A stretch of DNA of 64,000 nucleotides, from positions 15,562,001-15,626,000 of the forward strand of contig OZ281494.1 of NCBI GenBank assembly GCA_965637545.1. The letters run 5' to 3'. The position numbers and the translations under genes were made by a program. The notes under the pieces were generated by a model, which did not search any database, was not told the origin of the DNA, and saw nothing but the letters and a program-made list of their open reading frames with translations. This DNA is from Phallusia mammillata. Its lineage: Eukaryota. Numbering within the stretch: position 1 is the stretch's first letter; each line of letters starts with the position of its first letter. Of this stretch, positions 52,614 to 63,707 are shown one piece after another.

Positions 52614-53286
52614 CCCTGTGTGAATATATCCGTTAACTTTAAAATTAAGTTGCGATTTGGCAATTAGAAGTGTTGTTATTTTTAATTGCTCTTTAGCTCT
52701 CTCTCGCGACTAAATATTACTAAATATGCGCCAAACGAACGGCATAAATCTGATGCATAAGAACAAAAATCACCGACTCTGTTATTTTGAACAGCTTGAC
52801 TTCGTTTCACACGATGAACTTTTCTGTATATGTCAAAACGTACACCGTATGAGAAAGAACAAATTCGTGTAGAAAATACTCAGTCCACAGCGTAGACAAG
52901 GCTCACATCAGAGCACAGAACGCGACGTAGCACTTTTGACCTCAGCGAAACTTTCAACTGTTACAATTCAAATCGACGCTTCGGTTTAGAAAAACTCGGC
53001 TCTTAAATTTTATCCTACTAAAAAAAACAGATACAAGGGTAAACAGGAGCCGTCTTGTATTATTACATCATAGGGTATTCGGAATTTAAAGGCCTTATTA
53101 AATTAAAATAAATTGTTACAAAAAATACAGTTGAAGTATGTAACAAATTATAATGATAATTAATCGCATTGTTACAAGTTCTTTGGATGACGAAGGATCA
53201 AAAAAGTTTTAACACCGAAAGGCAAAACATAAGTTTTAGATTCTAGTAAAGTTGTTGTGAGAAAATTGACAAACACAAATCTAAAA

Positions 53287-53573
53287 CAGCGGTTTTCAAC
53301 TCGTTTCAGGCCATGGACCACCGACCTAGTAAAAACAATGTTGTGGACCATTCCATTTCTAAGCATGATTGAAGTAGACCTATGCAATAAGCATTTTGAC
53401 TCGAAACATAATGATTTAAAACCGATTTTCAAGAAGTGAGACAAAATTATTAACAGCTAACACTTGGACCCTGTTGGAATATATAATATGCCATAATCTC
53501 CGGTTTATCACCAAATTCAGTACACTGTGGACCACCCAAAAAGTCATCATGGACCACCAGTTCAGAACCACTG
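53287..53573. mobile_element. hAT-family MITE, 287 bp
   Basis: TIRs CAGCGGTTTTCAAC / GTTCAGAACCACTG (11/14). Perfect TSD ATCTAAAA. Confidence 0.85.
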
Positions 53574-53783
53574 ATCTAAAACATTTCATCAATGAAAATG
53601 ATGGACAGAAACAAAAGACTGTTAAATATTTCAAATAAATCCTAGATTTTAAGCAATTAGTTTTGTGACGAGATATCGCGATAGAAATGAACAATGTCCG
53701 TTTACGAAAGTGCTTCACCCATTATAAATTGTCTACTGCATTGTGTTTGAGTAGAAGTTAAAGTTTCAAGGTATACTATAATG

Positions 53784-54000
53784 AGGTGGTTCCCAACCTT
53801 TATCGACGCATCTCCTCCTTAACAATTCAAAACATTCTCGTTCCTCCCCAATAGACTACATATCAGATGCTAAAACATACAAATATCATTTAAAAGTGGG
53901 TCTTTGGTCAACTTTCAAACCACAAATTAAAGTTAATTCCTCCCCTGGAGTTTTAAAATTTCTTCCTTGGGAGAAACTCTTCCCAGGTTGGGAACTCATG
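53784..54000. mobile_element. Degenerate hAT MITE, probably the same family as 62299-62515
   Basis: Ends AGGTGGTTCCCAACC / GGTTGGGAACTCATG. The 3' subterminal AATTCCTCC...AGTT.TAAAATT is shared with the 62299 element. No recognisable TSD. Confidence 0.6.
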
Positions 54001-54495
54001 CTCAGTGTAAAACCACCGGCTTTGAAGAATTAATAAACAATGAGTGACAAAAGATCATCTTTTAATATCTGAAAGCCATGTAAGTGAGCTACAAAAACAT
54101 GAAACACTAACCGGCCGTTTTCTGCGTAAAAACCTAAAATAACAAAAACAAACAAAGATAAACAGCTGGTAGAAGTGATTTTGTTATGACAGTACCCTGC
54201 TGCTTATCGATTGGCAAGGGGTTGTATTAAAAGTGCACAAAAACTTCTGTAGTAGGCTAATTCAGGGTGTTTCCATGCATAAGTATGGTGTTGTAAAAGT
54301 CGGCTGATTTATTGCGAACGCAAATAATACTGCTGCAACAATGTCCTAAAAATGCTCCTAATCGGGACATTAAATTGATTAAATGTGATGACCTTTTGTT
54401 ACTGTAGTTTTAATTGTACTTAAGCGTTCCTCACATTACTCAAAAAAGAACTTGACAATGTCAGTATTTTGAACATTTTGTTACAAACTCTAAAA

Positions 54496-56062
54496 CAGCG
54501 GTTCCCAACCTGTGGGTCGCGACCCCAAGTGGGGTCGCCTGACAATTTGCCTGGGGTCGCCTAAGGCAGGGGTTCTGAAACTGGGGGGCGCGCCCCCCTA
54601 GGGGGGCGTGAAGGGTTCGCAAGGGGGGCGCAGCACATTACGGCAGCAAAGTTTTCACTTGCAAACAATTGTAAATGAATGCATTGGAATTATGTGGGCG
54701 CTGATTTCGAACGAATGCATTGGAATTATGTGGGTGCTGATTTCGAAACGTATTGTTTGAAGCAAACGCTTCATTACTCTGAAATGGATGTCCAGTTGTA
54801 CTAACCAAATTTTTTTCCACTGCGGGCTTTACATGCTCTAGTGCCGTCTTCTCAAACTTAGCCCACGAGGCGATTTTTATAGGGGCGCCAAGATACGGCC
54901 TTTTTAAAAACCCATTTAAAATCTATTAAATAGTATAGTTAGTCTCATCTTACAAGGAATTCTTGTATATTACGTCACAAGTAGCACAATAAAGCAATTG
55001 TTTGCGCACAATTAACACTTTTTGTTTTGTCTGGGACGTAATAAACTGGCTTCGGATCAATCCTTGGCGTTGCAATCCTATGAAAGTCGGTAATGATAAT
55101 TTTACATGTCGTAACAGTAAACTTTCGTAAGGATTAGATTAATTTTTGACAGTAACAAAGTTATCAATACGTTTTGGCAAACCTAAAAAATGGGATCGCG
55201 GGCCGTAGTTTGGTGACCCCTATATACTATATAGTCGGCTGTACATTCTTTATTTGTTCGCAATTTCGCATTAGAGATTGCCTTGACTTTAAGTGAATCA
55301 ACAATTTCTGGGCAACATATGCGTAGTTTACAAGAATACTGTGGCTCTGTGCGCGCGCTTTTTTCGCAACTTATCAGCGTTGAAGTGGCTTTTTCTAACG
55401 ATTGGAACTAACTTGACAGTAGCTTAAGGCGGACCTACGATGTATGTTGTTTTTAAAAAACAAGACAAGCATCATCAGTGCTAACGTTTTTTAGGGGGGG
55501 CGTGAGAATAAATAAACAGTGTCAAGTGGGGCACGACCGAAAAAGTTTAAGAACCCCCGGCCTAAGGCCATGGCTTCCAACTCATTTTAAGCCGTGGACT
55601 AATTTAGCAAATAAAAACCGAAAGAACAGTTATCAACATGCCTTTCGCCATGGTTTGTTAACTCGTATGAAAACTAATAACTACAGTTGGGGTGGATCTT
55701 TCTTTTTTGAAGACTTAATTGTTTTCACAAAATGCTGATTATTGCCTTCTATTACGTGATAATACTGCATTTACATATCATAATCACCAAGTCACCTGCC
55801 AACTTGTTTTGTATTCTTGCGATAATATCACTATCCTCTAATTATAACTTAATAGTCAACTAAACTGAAATTTAATGAGTAAAATTTCAGGCTGTCAATG
55901 ATGCATCGAAAGCAAGTATTAGGAAAAGAAAGTATAGTGAGAAATAAAGTTCGCGATATTTAGAAGCAAATTCAATAAAGCCTGCTAATTTTATCGTTGG
56001 GGTCACTGCAACTTGGGAACTGTTTTAAGGGGTCACGGCACCACAAAGGTTGGGAACCGCTG
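54496..56062. mobile_element. hAT-family MITE (outer element of a second nested set)
   Basis: Perfect 15-bp TIRs CAGCGGTTCCCAACC / GGTTGGGAACCGCTG. Perfect TSD CTCTAAAA (54488-54495, 56063-56070). Confidence 0.93.
54567..55559. mobile_element. hAT MITE (993 bp) nested in 54496-56062; contains a 36-bp tandem duplication (54677-54748)
   Basis: TIRs CAGGGGTTCTGAAACT / AGTTTAAGAACCCCCG (14/16). Perfect TSD GCCTAAGG (54559-54566, 55560-55567). Confidence 0.9.
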
Positions 56063-57138
56063 CTCTAAAACATTGAGTCTATGTGAATTTTGTCATCAAG
56101 TTATATTTAAATAATAAAAGGCTCCATGATTCTAAATGTTTCCAATATAATGAAAGGTGGTAAGAAGAAGCCGAAAGGTGCAGGTGCGCACTAACGAAAA
56201 AAATGCTGGTCACATTATAGTTAAACCGTGTCACATATCTATCATAAAATCACTTGATGATCTCCAATATTTATTTCAAATTTTTATGATTTTTAGTCAC
56301 ATACTTGTTTTCATTGTTACGTAGATAAAATAGTAAAAAATATGCAAGTTTGTCTTAAATTTCCAGCAAAAGCATCACACATCGGGGCGGCGACACTTTG
56401 GAAATCCTGAATAAATGTTTAAAACAAGAAACCATTTTGCCGATGAAATCCATGTAGCAACGCTTTGGTTGTCTATTACCCCGGCCAAAAACTCTTGAAA
56501 ACTGTGTTTAAACCGTATTTGAGCGTGTGTAAAGCTGATTGAAGCGTATATTACCGTGCGTAAACATTTCCAGTGTGACTGTGTGACGGGGAATTCCCCC
56601 AACCAAAGAACACTTTATGAGTTGAACTAAATTGAAGTCACAACATCAAAAAACCTAATAGTGTCAACGGACTTGCAAAACGACAAACAGCTTGACAACA
56701 GACAAATCGCGAGCAGTAAGATGTTGTCCACTGAGAATAGAAATAAAACAAAGTGGGTTTTGTTCATTCTTAAATTCATATAGTTTCACAAAAACACAGA
56801 AATTGCACGAAAATACATATTTTACTGGGCAATAAAATATCGAACCTCTAGGTGGGATATTTCACAACTATGGTAAGGGTTTTAAATAAAATCACCGTTT
56901 GGTGCCCCTTGAACTCTTTAGATCTGTGCAAAACATCAGAAAAAAACTATTGCTTATGTGTTGAAATTAAATGAAATTTCGGAAATCCTTTGACTAAAAA
57001 GTGAGATCTATCCTAGGCAATATAAGAAGTTAAAAAAATAGTTGAAAACAAGATGTTTGCATTGCTGATATCCACAAACAGTTATTACGAAACATAACAA
57101 CAAACAAAAACAATTCAATACAAACTCTTCAGGACTTG

Positions 57139-57892
57139 TCATCGTTTGTCATCAGGTTGGTCAGTTTGATTATTATCAGACATTTTAGAAAGGACATCAT
57201 GCTTTACCAAAGCCAACACTTCAGATTTGGATATGGCTTGCTGATTGGGATTTAATATTCTTCCTATTTCATTGCTAATAGAGCTTGACTTTATTTCACT
57301 CTCTTCATTTAAAACTTCATCAATATCTACACAAAAACATGAACAATTAAGCAACTAACATCTTCAACAATGCAAGTGTGTCTCGGTTTTATGGCACTTA
57401 ACAGCAACATCTCCTTGGCCCCTTGTTCTATATGAGCCCTGTACTGGCTCAGTGCTAGTATGTTAAATTCTGTTTGAGTTTACAATATGATACCTTGTCC
57501 TATCATTTGACTGTCAATTTGGGATGAGAGTAATTCTTCAAAGAAAAGATGTTTTCTTGACTGAAGCGAAGAAATCATACTTTGCGAGGTGAGTGAAGAC
57601 TCCTGAGCATTTCTTTTTTGAATTTTTTTCAATCGTTTTTCTGAAAGCATGCTTTGGTAAATGTTGTTCAATAGTTATATAAGTGAATAGGTTAACATCA
57701 CAACTTACCAAGCCTTTTAAGATATGTGTCACTATCTTGCAATCCCTGTGTTTGAATGCAAGGTGCGATGGGCACAAATTGTGGGGTTTCTGTTCTATGA
57801 TTTTGTTGTTCTTCTTTGGAGCAAAAAGAATCATCAAATTGTTCATGAAAATCAGCGCCACATACTTCTGTTTTTACTCCCCAAGGATCCAT
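57139..57892 (-). CDS. CCDC32: Coiled-coil domain-containing protein 32, 172 aa; exons 57892-57709, 57640-57494, 57326-57139
   Basis: Spliced translation: MDPWG...EQFDDSF...PIAPCIQTQGLQDSDTYLKRL|EKRLKKIQ...SLTSQSMISSLQSRK...|DIDEVL...RILNPNQQAISKSEVLALV. The blocks LQDSxxYLxxLEKxLxxI, TSxxMxxxL and LxPxxxAxSxxEV match those recalled for vertebrate CCDC32/C15orf57. GT-AG junctions, both phase 1. Confidence 0.85.
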
Positions 57893-58113
57893 TCTCCAAC
57901 CATATGCAACCTAAGGTAATGCAAATGCTTAATAGAATTAAGTATTAAAAATATCGGGACAAAAGAGACCAATTGAAAAATGCTAGCATTGAGCCATTGA
58001 CTGCGGTTAAATGCCACTTGACCAAATCTTGTTTAGGTAAACAGACGGCAAGACACGATTGAGAGCAAATTGAACAACCCTTAATCAGTGGGAAAGTAAA
58101 ATGACTGAAAAAA

Positions 58114-58155
58114 AACATTCGTAACCTAACATTCGTAACTAAAAACATTCGTAAC
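58114..58155. repeat. Three copies of AACATTCGTAAC (58114, 58128, 58144)
   Basis: Read directly. Confidence 0.8.
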
Positions 58156-58773
58156 CAAAATATACAACACTATCAGAATAATGTGTAAACAAGAAATACA
58201 GTCTACTGCCGTAGTTTAGCATTTGATACACAATTTGCCACGATAACGACTCAACATAAACAATTCACGTCTACGTCTACCCTACTGCTTTTACGAATTT
58301 ACGGTCGACTTCCAAGTCCAGTTCACCAACCCAGCCTTCAGCCTTCTGCAAGGTACGGTTGTAACTTGCACTATTCCAACTGCGCGTGAGGCACCACATT
58401 GCAAAGGTGCAGATAACCATCAAACATAACAAAATGTTTGATGAATATATGTATGCAAATATTTTCGACTTGCCTAAAATAATATACCTTGTTTTTGTTG
58501 TTAAGTATACGGGGATTTATTGTTGTAAATGGTACCTTATGTTTACAATTTGACAAAGCCACCAGAAGTCCACAAGCAAAGCTAGTCGCAGTGTCGCACG
58601 TGTTGCCGCATTGTTGACAATGGGGTGAGTGTTGGCAAAGTCTATGTAAAAAACAAAAATGGCGTCCAAGATGGAAATAGTGGCTATATGAAGTAACAAT
58701 AGATTTGACAACTTGTGTTTTACATAGACTTTGATTGCAGGTTGGGGTTTAGAATTTTATATATATCTATATG

Positions 58774-58964
58774 CAGTGGTGGGACTCAGCCAGTTCGCAC
58801 AGGCAACGGCACAGGTTCTATAGAACCGTCTTACGAAATTTTATAAGATCAGCGAACCGGTTAGCATTACTGTTTACTTTCAATAGACTTTTTTAACAGA
58901 ACCGGCTGAAAAATATGACTTTTGTGACAGAACCAGCTGACAAAAAAATTGAATCCTATCACTG
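58774..58964. mobile_element. hAT-like MITE, 191 bp, in the CCDC32/POLR1G intergenic region
   Basis: Imperfect TIRs CAGTGGTGGGACTCA / TGAATCCTATCACTG. Perfect TSD TCTATATG. Internal repeated GAACCG-like motifs. Confidence 0.8.
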
Positions 58965-59095
58965 TCTATATGTGTTACTTAATGTTAAACGTTAGCTGTC
59001 ACAAATTATTTTTCAAACAACGCAGTTTTGTAGTTGTGACCTATTGTGAACTCAAACAAGAATTGTTCAGCACTGGGTTAACTTCATGACATAAA

Positions 59096-59839
59096 ATGGT
59101 GGTGGAAACTACACAAAAGTCAACCGAAAATAAAATTGAAAACGTTTTCAAGAAACTTGTACAAAACTATAAAGAAACGTCAGCGCAATTGGAAACTGGT
59201 GACAATGAGGAATTTGAATACTGCCTTATATCAATGCCTTCAGATTTTCCCATAAGTACTTTGAACGATTTATCAGTAAATTTGGGTTCCAGTGAAACAT
59301 ACATACAGTCTCAGGGAAACAAATCCAACTACATACTTAACTATAACACTGAGCTTTCTAACCAGAAATTAATCTTGGCTGATTCTCCAAGCCAATCAAC
59401 TATGATAGTTAAAGATACAACACACTCTTTAAACATCAGACAAACTATAGATGAAACAACTCCAGATCTTGGAAACTGCATACCAAAAGCAATTCCTCCT
59501 CCAGTACCTGATAATGTTCAAATTCGATTTAAACCTTTTGGGTGGCAATCACCAACAGATCTTCAACATCATAAACAACAATCAACAATTGAACCTAGAA
59601 CAAAGCAAAAGAAACATAAGCGCAAACTTGGCAAAAAGTTTGATCCCGAAGATGACAAAAATGGCAACCTGGACTTGAGTAACATGAATTCGTTGAAAAA
59701 ACAGAAGAAAAAACACAAACTTGACAAGGAAAAAACCATAAAAGTGGAACGGGATGTTAACGGTACATTTAGTTTGCCACAAGGAAATGACATGAAACCT
59801 GCCAAAAAGAAAAAAAAGAAGCATAAAAAGGAAAAGTGA
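59096..59839 (+). CDS. POLR1G: RNA polymerase I subunit RPA34 (POLR1G/CD3EAP/PAF49), 247 aa, single coding exon
   Basis: N-terminal EYCLISMPSDF corresponds to the (L)WLIxxPxDF block, and PPPVPDNVQIRFKPFG to the PxGLxxRFxPFG block, of the A34 family. These are followed by a very lysine-rich tail (KQKKHKRK, KKQKKKHK, KKKKKKHKKEK). Good start context AAAATGG. Confidence 0.8.
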   Translation: MVVETTQKSTENKIENVFKKLVQNYKETSAQLETGDNEEFEYCLISMPSDFPISTLNDLSVNLGSSETYIQSQGNKSNYILNYNTELSNQKLILADSPSQSTMIVKDTTHSLNIRQTIDETTPDLGNCIPKAIPPPVPDNVQIRFKPFGWQSPTDLQHHKQQSTIEPRTKQKKHKRKLGKKFDPEDDKNGNLDLSNMNSLKKQKKKHKLDKEKTIKVERDVNGTFSLPQGNDMKPAKKKKKKHKKEK

Positions 59840-59929
59840 TGAAAATGTAGTTCTGATGTGCACTTGAAATAATTCATTAAGTTTTTTGCCTCATAATGCT
59901 AAGAAGTGTAACATTAGGTTAGTGTAATC

Positions 59930-59990
59930 CAGGGGTCTCCAACACGCGGCCCGCCAGGCAATTTTCCGTGGCCCGCGGCGTTATAAGCAA
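59930..59990. mobile_element. Left end of a hAT MITE; matching right end not identified
   Basis: CAGGGGTCTCCAACACGCGGCCCGCC...GTGGCCCGCGG resembles the termini and subtermini of the 21461 and 21594 elements. No partner TIR or TSD found. Confidence 0.55.
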
Positions 59991-61232
59991 ATGAACAAAT
60001 AAATTAATATCTTTAAAATTTAAAGGATGTGTTTGTTTTATTCACCCTTAAAGTATTTCACAATTCAAAATTATATATTACCAAGTTAAAATAACCAAAT
60101 TTAACCTTTGTGATACATTATTATTATTATTGTGATGAAATAATGCAATCTTATTGTTATTCTCAAAGCGTAAAGTTCAAATCCGTTAAGTTTTTTTGCG
60201 TCCACTATTTTTGTTTAGCTTAGGGATAAGAAACTTTTAAGTTCATGAAGACCAACCAACATTTTGTTGACACTTATGTTGGTCGCATTGACTTTTTCAG
60301 ATGCCTATAGGCCAGTGGTTTCCAAACCATTTCATTTACATAACAGACGTTTCATAATTTTCCGCGGTCCACGATGAAGCATAAGCTGCCAAAAGTAATT
60401 TAAACTTTTACCACTTTAGGATTTATTTTACCTAAATATTATCAATTGGTTACGCATATCAATGATCTAAGAGTGGGTTGTGACATCACAGACAAAACTA
60501 AGATATGGAATTATGCGCAAACAATAGCTTTCTTTGTTGATGTTTATGAAACTAAAGAAGCATTGATGAACACGCAAATAAGATTGTAAAGTCATGAGTT
60601 CTTGGAGGTCAACGAAAATAACGCTGTTAGCCACTAAGGGACCATGAACTATCTAGTTTGGACACATCTGGAGTGTTAATTTCACAGTATTGTAACCACA
60701 TATTTTTCTATGATTGGTAGCGTGCAGTATCAAGGTCTTTAAGAACATTTTGACAACACAACACATTGTTTTTGCAAGTTAGTAGATACATTCGATCAAG
60801 AATGAATGACTCAAACTGTTCTATATTTAAATATATTACAGACCTGAAGTTGTGCATTGTAAATGTTGTTTCAGGTTGACCCAGCACTTCACCCACAGGC
60901 CCCCAAAACATAAATTTTTAAAAAGGGTAATTATTACTCAACTGATGACCTAGGAGTTTCATATATTGTTGGTTGGTGCATTGCAAAATGTTTTGAAGCA
61001 TTTTGTAACATGTAATATCATTCACTCATTTTTCATCCTTAAACCCCCAAATATTCATTTGTGCGTTTATAGATCTTGATTTTAGCAATACCCCCCCTAG
61101 TGTTCTATAACTGTAAATAGTCGTTCAGAGGGTGTGTATTGTTTGTTGTTTAAAATTTTAGTAAAACTGGTCCAGTAGTTGCCATGCGGCCCCAAATATG
61201 AAATATGTGTCCACTGGACGTTCAGACACTAA

Positions 61233-61630
61233 CACAGAGGTCGCAAGGGAGTGCATAACTGGTTAACAAATAATTTTGATACAGAGCGAAGGTCTTCTGC
61301 TTCACGCATCTGCAGGTGTGTTGCTGGTAGGGTTGAATTATCCAGGGTGATTGCCCGATGCCGGTTAAACGGATACAATTTTAGAAAACACGCAGTACAC
61401 TTACAATAATTGATAAGGCAAAGTTCGACTTCTTGTTTGTCATAATTTGTGCCTACCACATATTTCAGTAATAGTTAATATTGTGTTTATTGTATTTTTA
61501 TGTTACTTTGGGATTGGCAACAATGCGTAGGACAGTCAGATGACTTTTGTTCTGAAATACCGTTTCCCGAACGGCGATGTGACGATAGATAGTATTGCCC
61601 TCCCCTGTATTTTTCCTGCGGACGCCCATG
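61233..61630 (-). mobile_element. Probable decayed hAT (Tip100/P52rIPK-like) derivative with a dimerisation-domain remnant
   Basis: The minus frame reads ...TLPATHLQMREAEDLRSVSKLFVNQLCT, resembling the hAT C-terminal dimerisation motif TLPxT.xEAERSFSKL...LRST with indels. Terminus CCTGCGGACGCCCATG (61615-61630) has a weak partner at 61233-61248. No TSD. Confidence 0.4.
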
Positions 61631-61821
61631 TCTGTAGATACTGGTCAGTAGTTAGGGTGATGCTTTGACGCAGCATTATGTCATTAATTTAGCATGTGCA
61701 AAATGTTGATGTTAAAAGATAAACTACAGGTCTTCAAAAAACCCATTTAACGGTCGCCCAACGAGAGGTGCAGGTCAACGCTTAGTTACTGCGAAACAAA
61801 ATCAGAAAGTTTTAGCTACAC

Positions 61822-62138
61822 CAGGGGTGCCCAACCGGGGAGGAATTCCTCCCTTGGGAGGAATTTTATGAGTTCAGGGCAGGAGTTTCATAAAAACTGC
61901 AAAAACATACATGGAAATGTTACAGAATATTTTTGTACATACATTATTATGTCCATTATAATTTGGACCCGGTTCACATTTGGAATAAAGGATTCTGAAT
62001 GGACATCCCTAATTATAAGGTATATTTCGAATTGCTATAATATTTTATGTTATATTTGTTTTTCTTCTTGTGGGGAAGAATGAATAGTTCGAAAATGGGC
62101 GAAGGGAGGAATGTAACAAAAAAGGTTGGGAACCACTG
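61822..62138. mobile_element. hAT-family MITE, 317 bp
   Basis: TIRs CAGGGGTGCCCAACC / GGTTGGGAACCACTG (13/15). TSD AGCTACAC / AGCTACAT (7/8). Confidence 0.88.
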
Positions 62139-62298
62139 AGCTACATATTTATCGCAACATGGCTTTGTCATGGTCAGTAACAGTATCTGACTTTTTGTAA
62201 TAAGGTATTGTTACTTCTAAAAAAAAGTGAAAGCTGGAAATTTAATTTTCGTAGGATTGGGAGTATTGTTTTTGTTCCTCCCGTTTTATATTGTAAAG

Positions 62299-62515
62299 CA
62301 GAGGTTCCCAACGTTTTTCCACGAACTTGAATTAACAATACAAAGTTCTCCTTAATATACTGCAGAGTAGATGTTAATCCATAGAAAGATCACAAAAAAT
62401 CAACTTCACGGGTCATATTCTCAGAGCTAAACTTTCTATTTACAAACCACGTGTAAAAACTAAACAAATTCCTCCTCTCAAGTTATAAAATTCCTCACCC
62501 GACTGGGAACCACTG
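62299..62515. mobile_element. hAT-family MITE, 217 bp
   Basis: TIRs CAGAGGTTCCCA / TGGGAACCACTG (11/12). TSD TTGTAAAG / CTGTAACG (6/8). Confidence 0.75.
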
Positions 62516-62790
62516 CTGTAACGTAACGTGTACCCACTTCGTATAAACACGTAATCGTTTTAGTAGATCAAACGGTATATAGTGAATCGCTAAATAGGAC
62601 ATAAATTATAAAAATGACAATATGCAGGAAAGCCACCCTTTTTATTTCTAATCTTCTATTATTTCAAAACAAATGTGTATTGTTATGAAACAAACGAAGT
62701 GTTTGGTCAGAATTGCTGGTAAGCAGTTACGGTTGTTTCCTGATTTTAAGTTGAATTTTGCTTTGCTTATAGGCTTACATCACCGTCAAA

Positions 62791-63486
62791 ATGGAAGCAC
62801 TTCAGGCTCGTATTACTGCAAATCGACAAAAAATTGTTAGAAGGGCACCACAGCCAATGCTGATTCAGATTCGACCTCAAGGAAGCAAAACTGCTAAATG
62901 GGGAGTGGTGGACCCAGATCCAGACCTTATTAACTCAAACACGGGTGTATTAGAAGAAGCTGTGCGCAATTTGTATATTTTCCCAACAAAGTCTGTTTTT
63001 GGAGCTGCTGTAACTGGTGTTAAGTTAAGCACATACAGACAGGCGTCCAAAATGCCGCTTGTCGTTGGCAAAAGGATGACAGTTTTGCCACGGGTGTCTC
63101 GTTTCGGCGGAAATTATGGGGCAAATCCAGATATTTCACAGCTTTACCCCTCAAGAAAAGACCGCGCTCTGGCAGAGAGAATGCTGCGAATAAAAACAGC
63201 GCCGGCCAAATTGGTGCAGACCCCGCTGTTTTATGACGGCAACAGGGCTATCGAAAACGGTGCAAATAGATTTAACCAGCGGGGACCGGTGTTGTGTGAG
63301 CACTGTGCTGATGCAAAAATAGCGAGTTGTTCACGAACCGGCGAAGAGAACTGTGCACCAGAGTTGTCAAACCCTTACTGGGAGGAAATTGCAGGTAGTC
63401 TGATGTGGCATCAGTGTATGTCCGTTAAGCCAGAAACAACAGTAAAAAATCTAATAAAAACGTGTCGTTTTCCGGCAATAAAGTAG
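62791..63486 (+). CDS. Uncharacterised basic protein, 231 aa, single coding exon; no family recognised
   Basis: A 696-nt ORF in AT-rich DNA with ATG in AAAATGG context. A splice acceptor (pyrimidine-rich tract + TAG ending at 62772) lies 18 nt upstream. Composition is not low-complexity. Confidence 0.75.
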   Translation: MEALQARITANRQKIVRRAPQPMLIQIRPQGSKTAKWGVVDPDPDLINSNTGVLEEAVRNLYIFPTKSVFGAAVTGVKLSTYRQASKMPLVVGKRMTVLPRVSRFGGNYGANPDISQLYPSRKDRALAERMLRIKTAPAKLVQTPLFYDGNRAIENGANRFNQRGPVLCEHCADAKIASCSRTGEENCAPELSNPYWEEIAGSLMWHQCMSVKPETTVKNLIKTCRFPAIK

Positions 63487-63707
63487 AAACCAGACAACTG
63501 TTTGGGAACTAAACTTGACACTGGGTGCTTGTTCACCATTGATATAGAATTTCGTTTAGATAAACTTTGTTCTATTGTTCACAACTAATATGTTTGCTAC
63601 CTAAGAGCATGAGATTTTTAGTCAAGAACCGGCTAAAATGGCACACAAGGTAGATTTGTAGTGAAAAATGTCAACCTTTGGAGCAGTGAAGCTGAAAGGC
63701 ACTAAGG

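Noticed and set aside
56375-56602. Minus ORF containing RFKHSFQEFLAG, reminiscent of the NACHT FxHxSFQEF motif
   Set aside because: The motif is one residue short and the flanks show no NACHT similarity. An HMM search would be needed to revive it.
60313-60670. Possible MITE CAGTGGTTTCCAAACC ... GTTTGGACACATCTG
   Set aside because: The right TIR is too degenerate and there is no TSD match, so boundaries cannot be supported.
60875-60926. 52-nt exon-like segment with good acceptor and donor
   Set aside because: Cannot be linked to POLR1G (already stopped) or to the orphan gene without transcript data.
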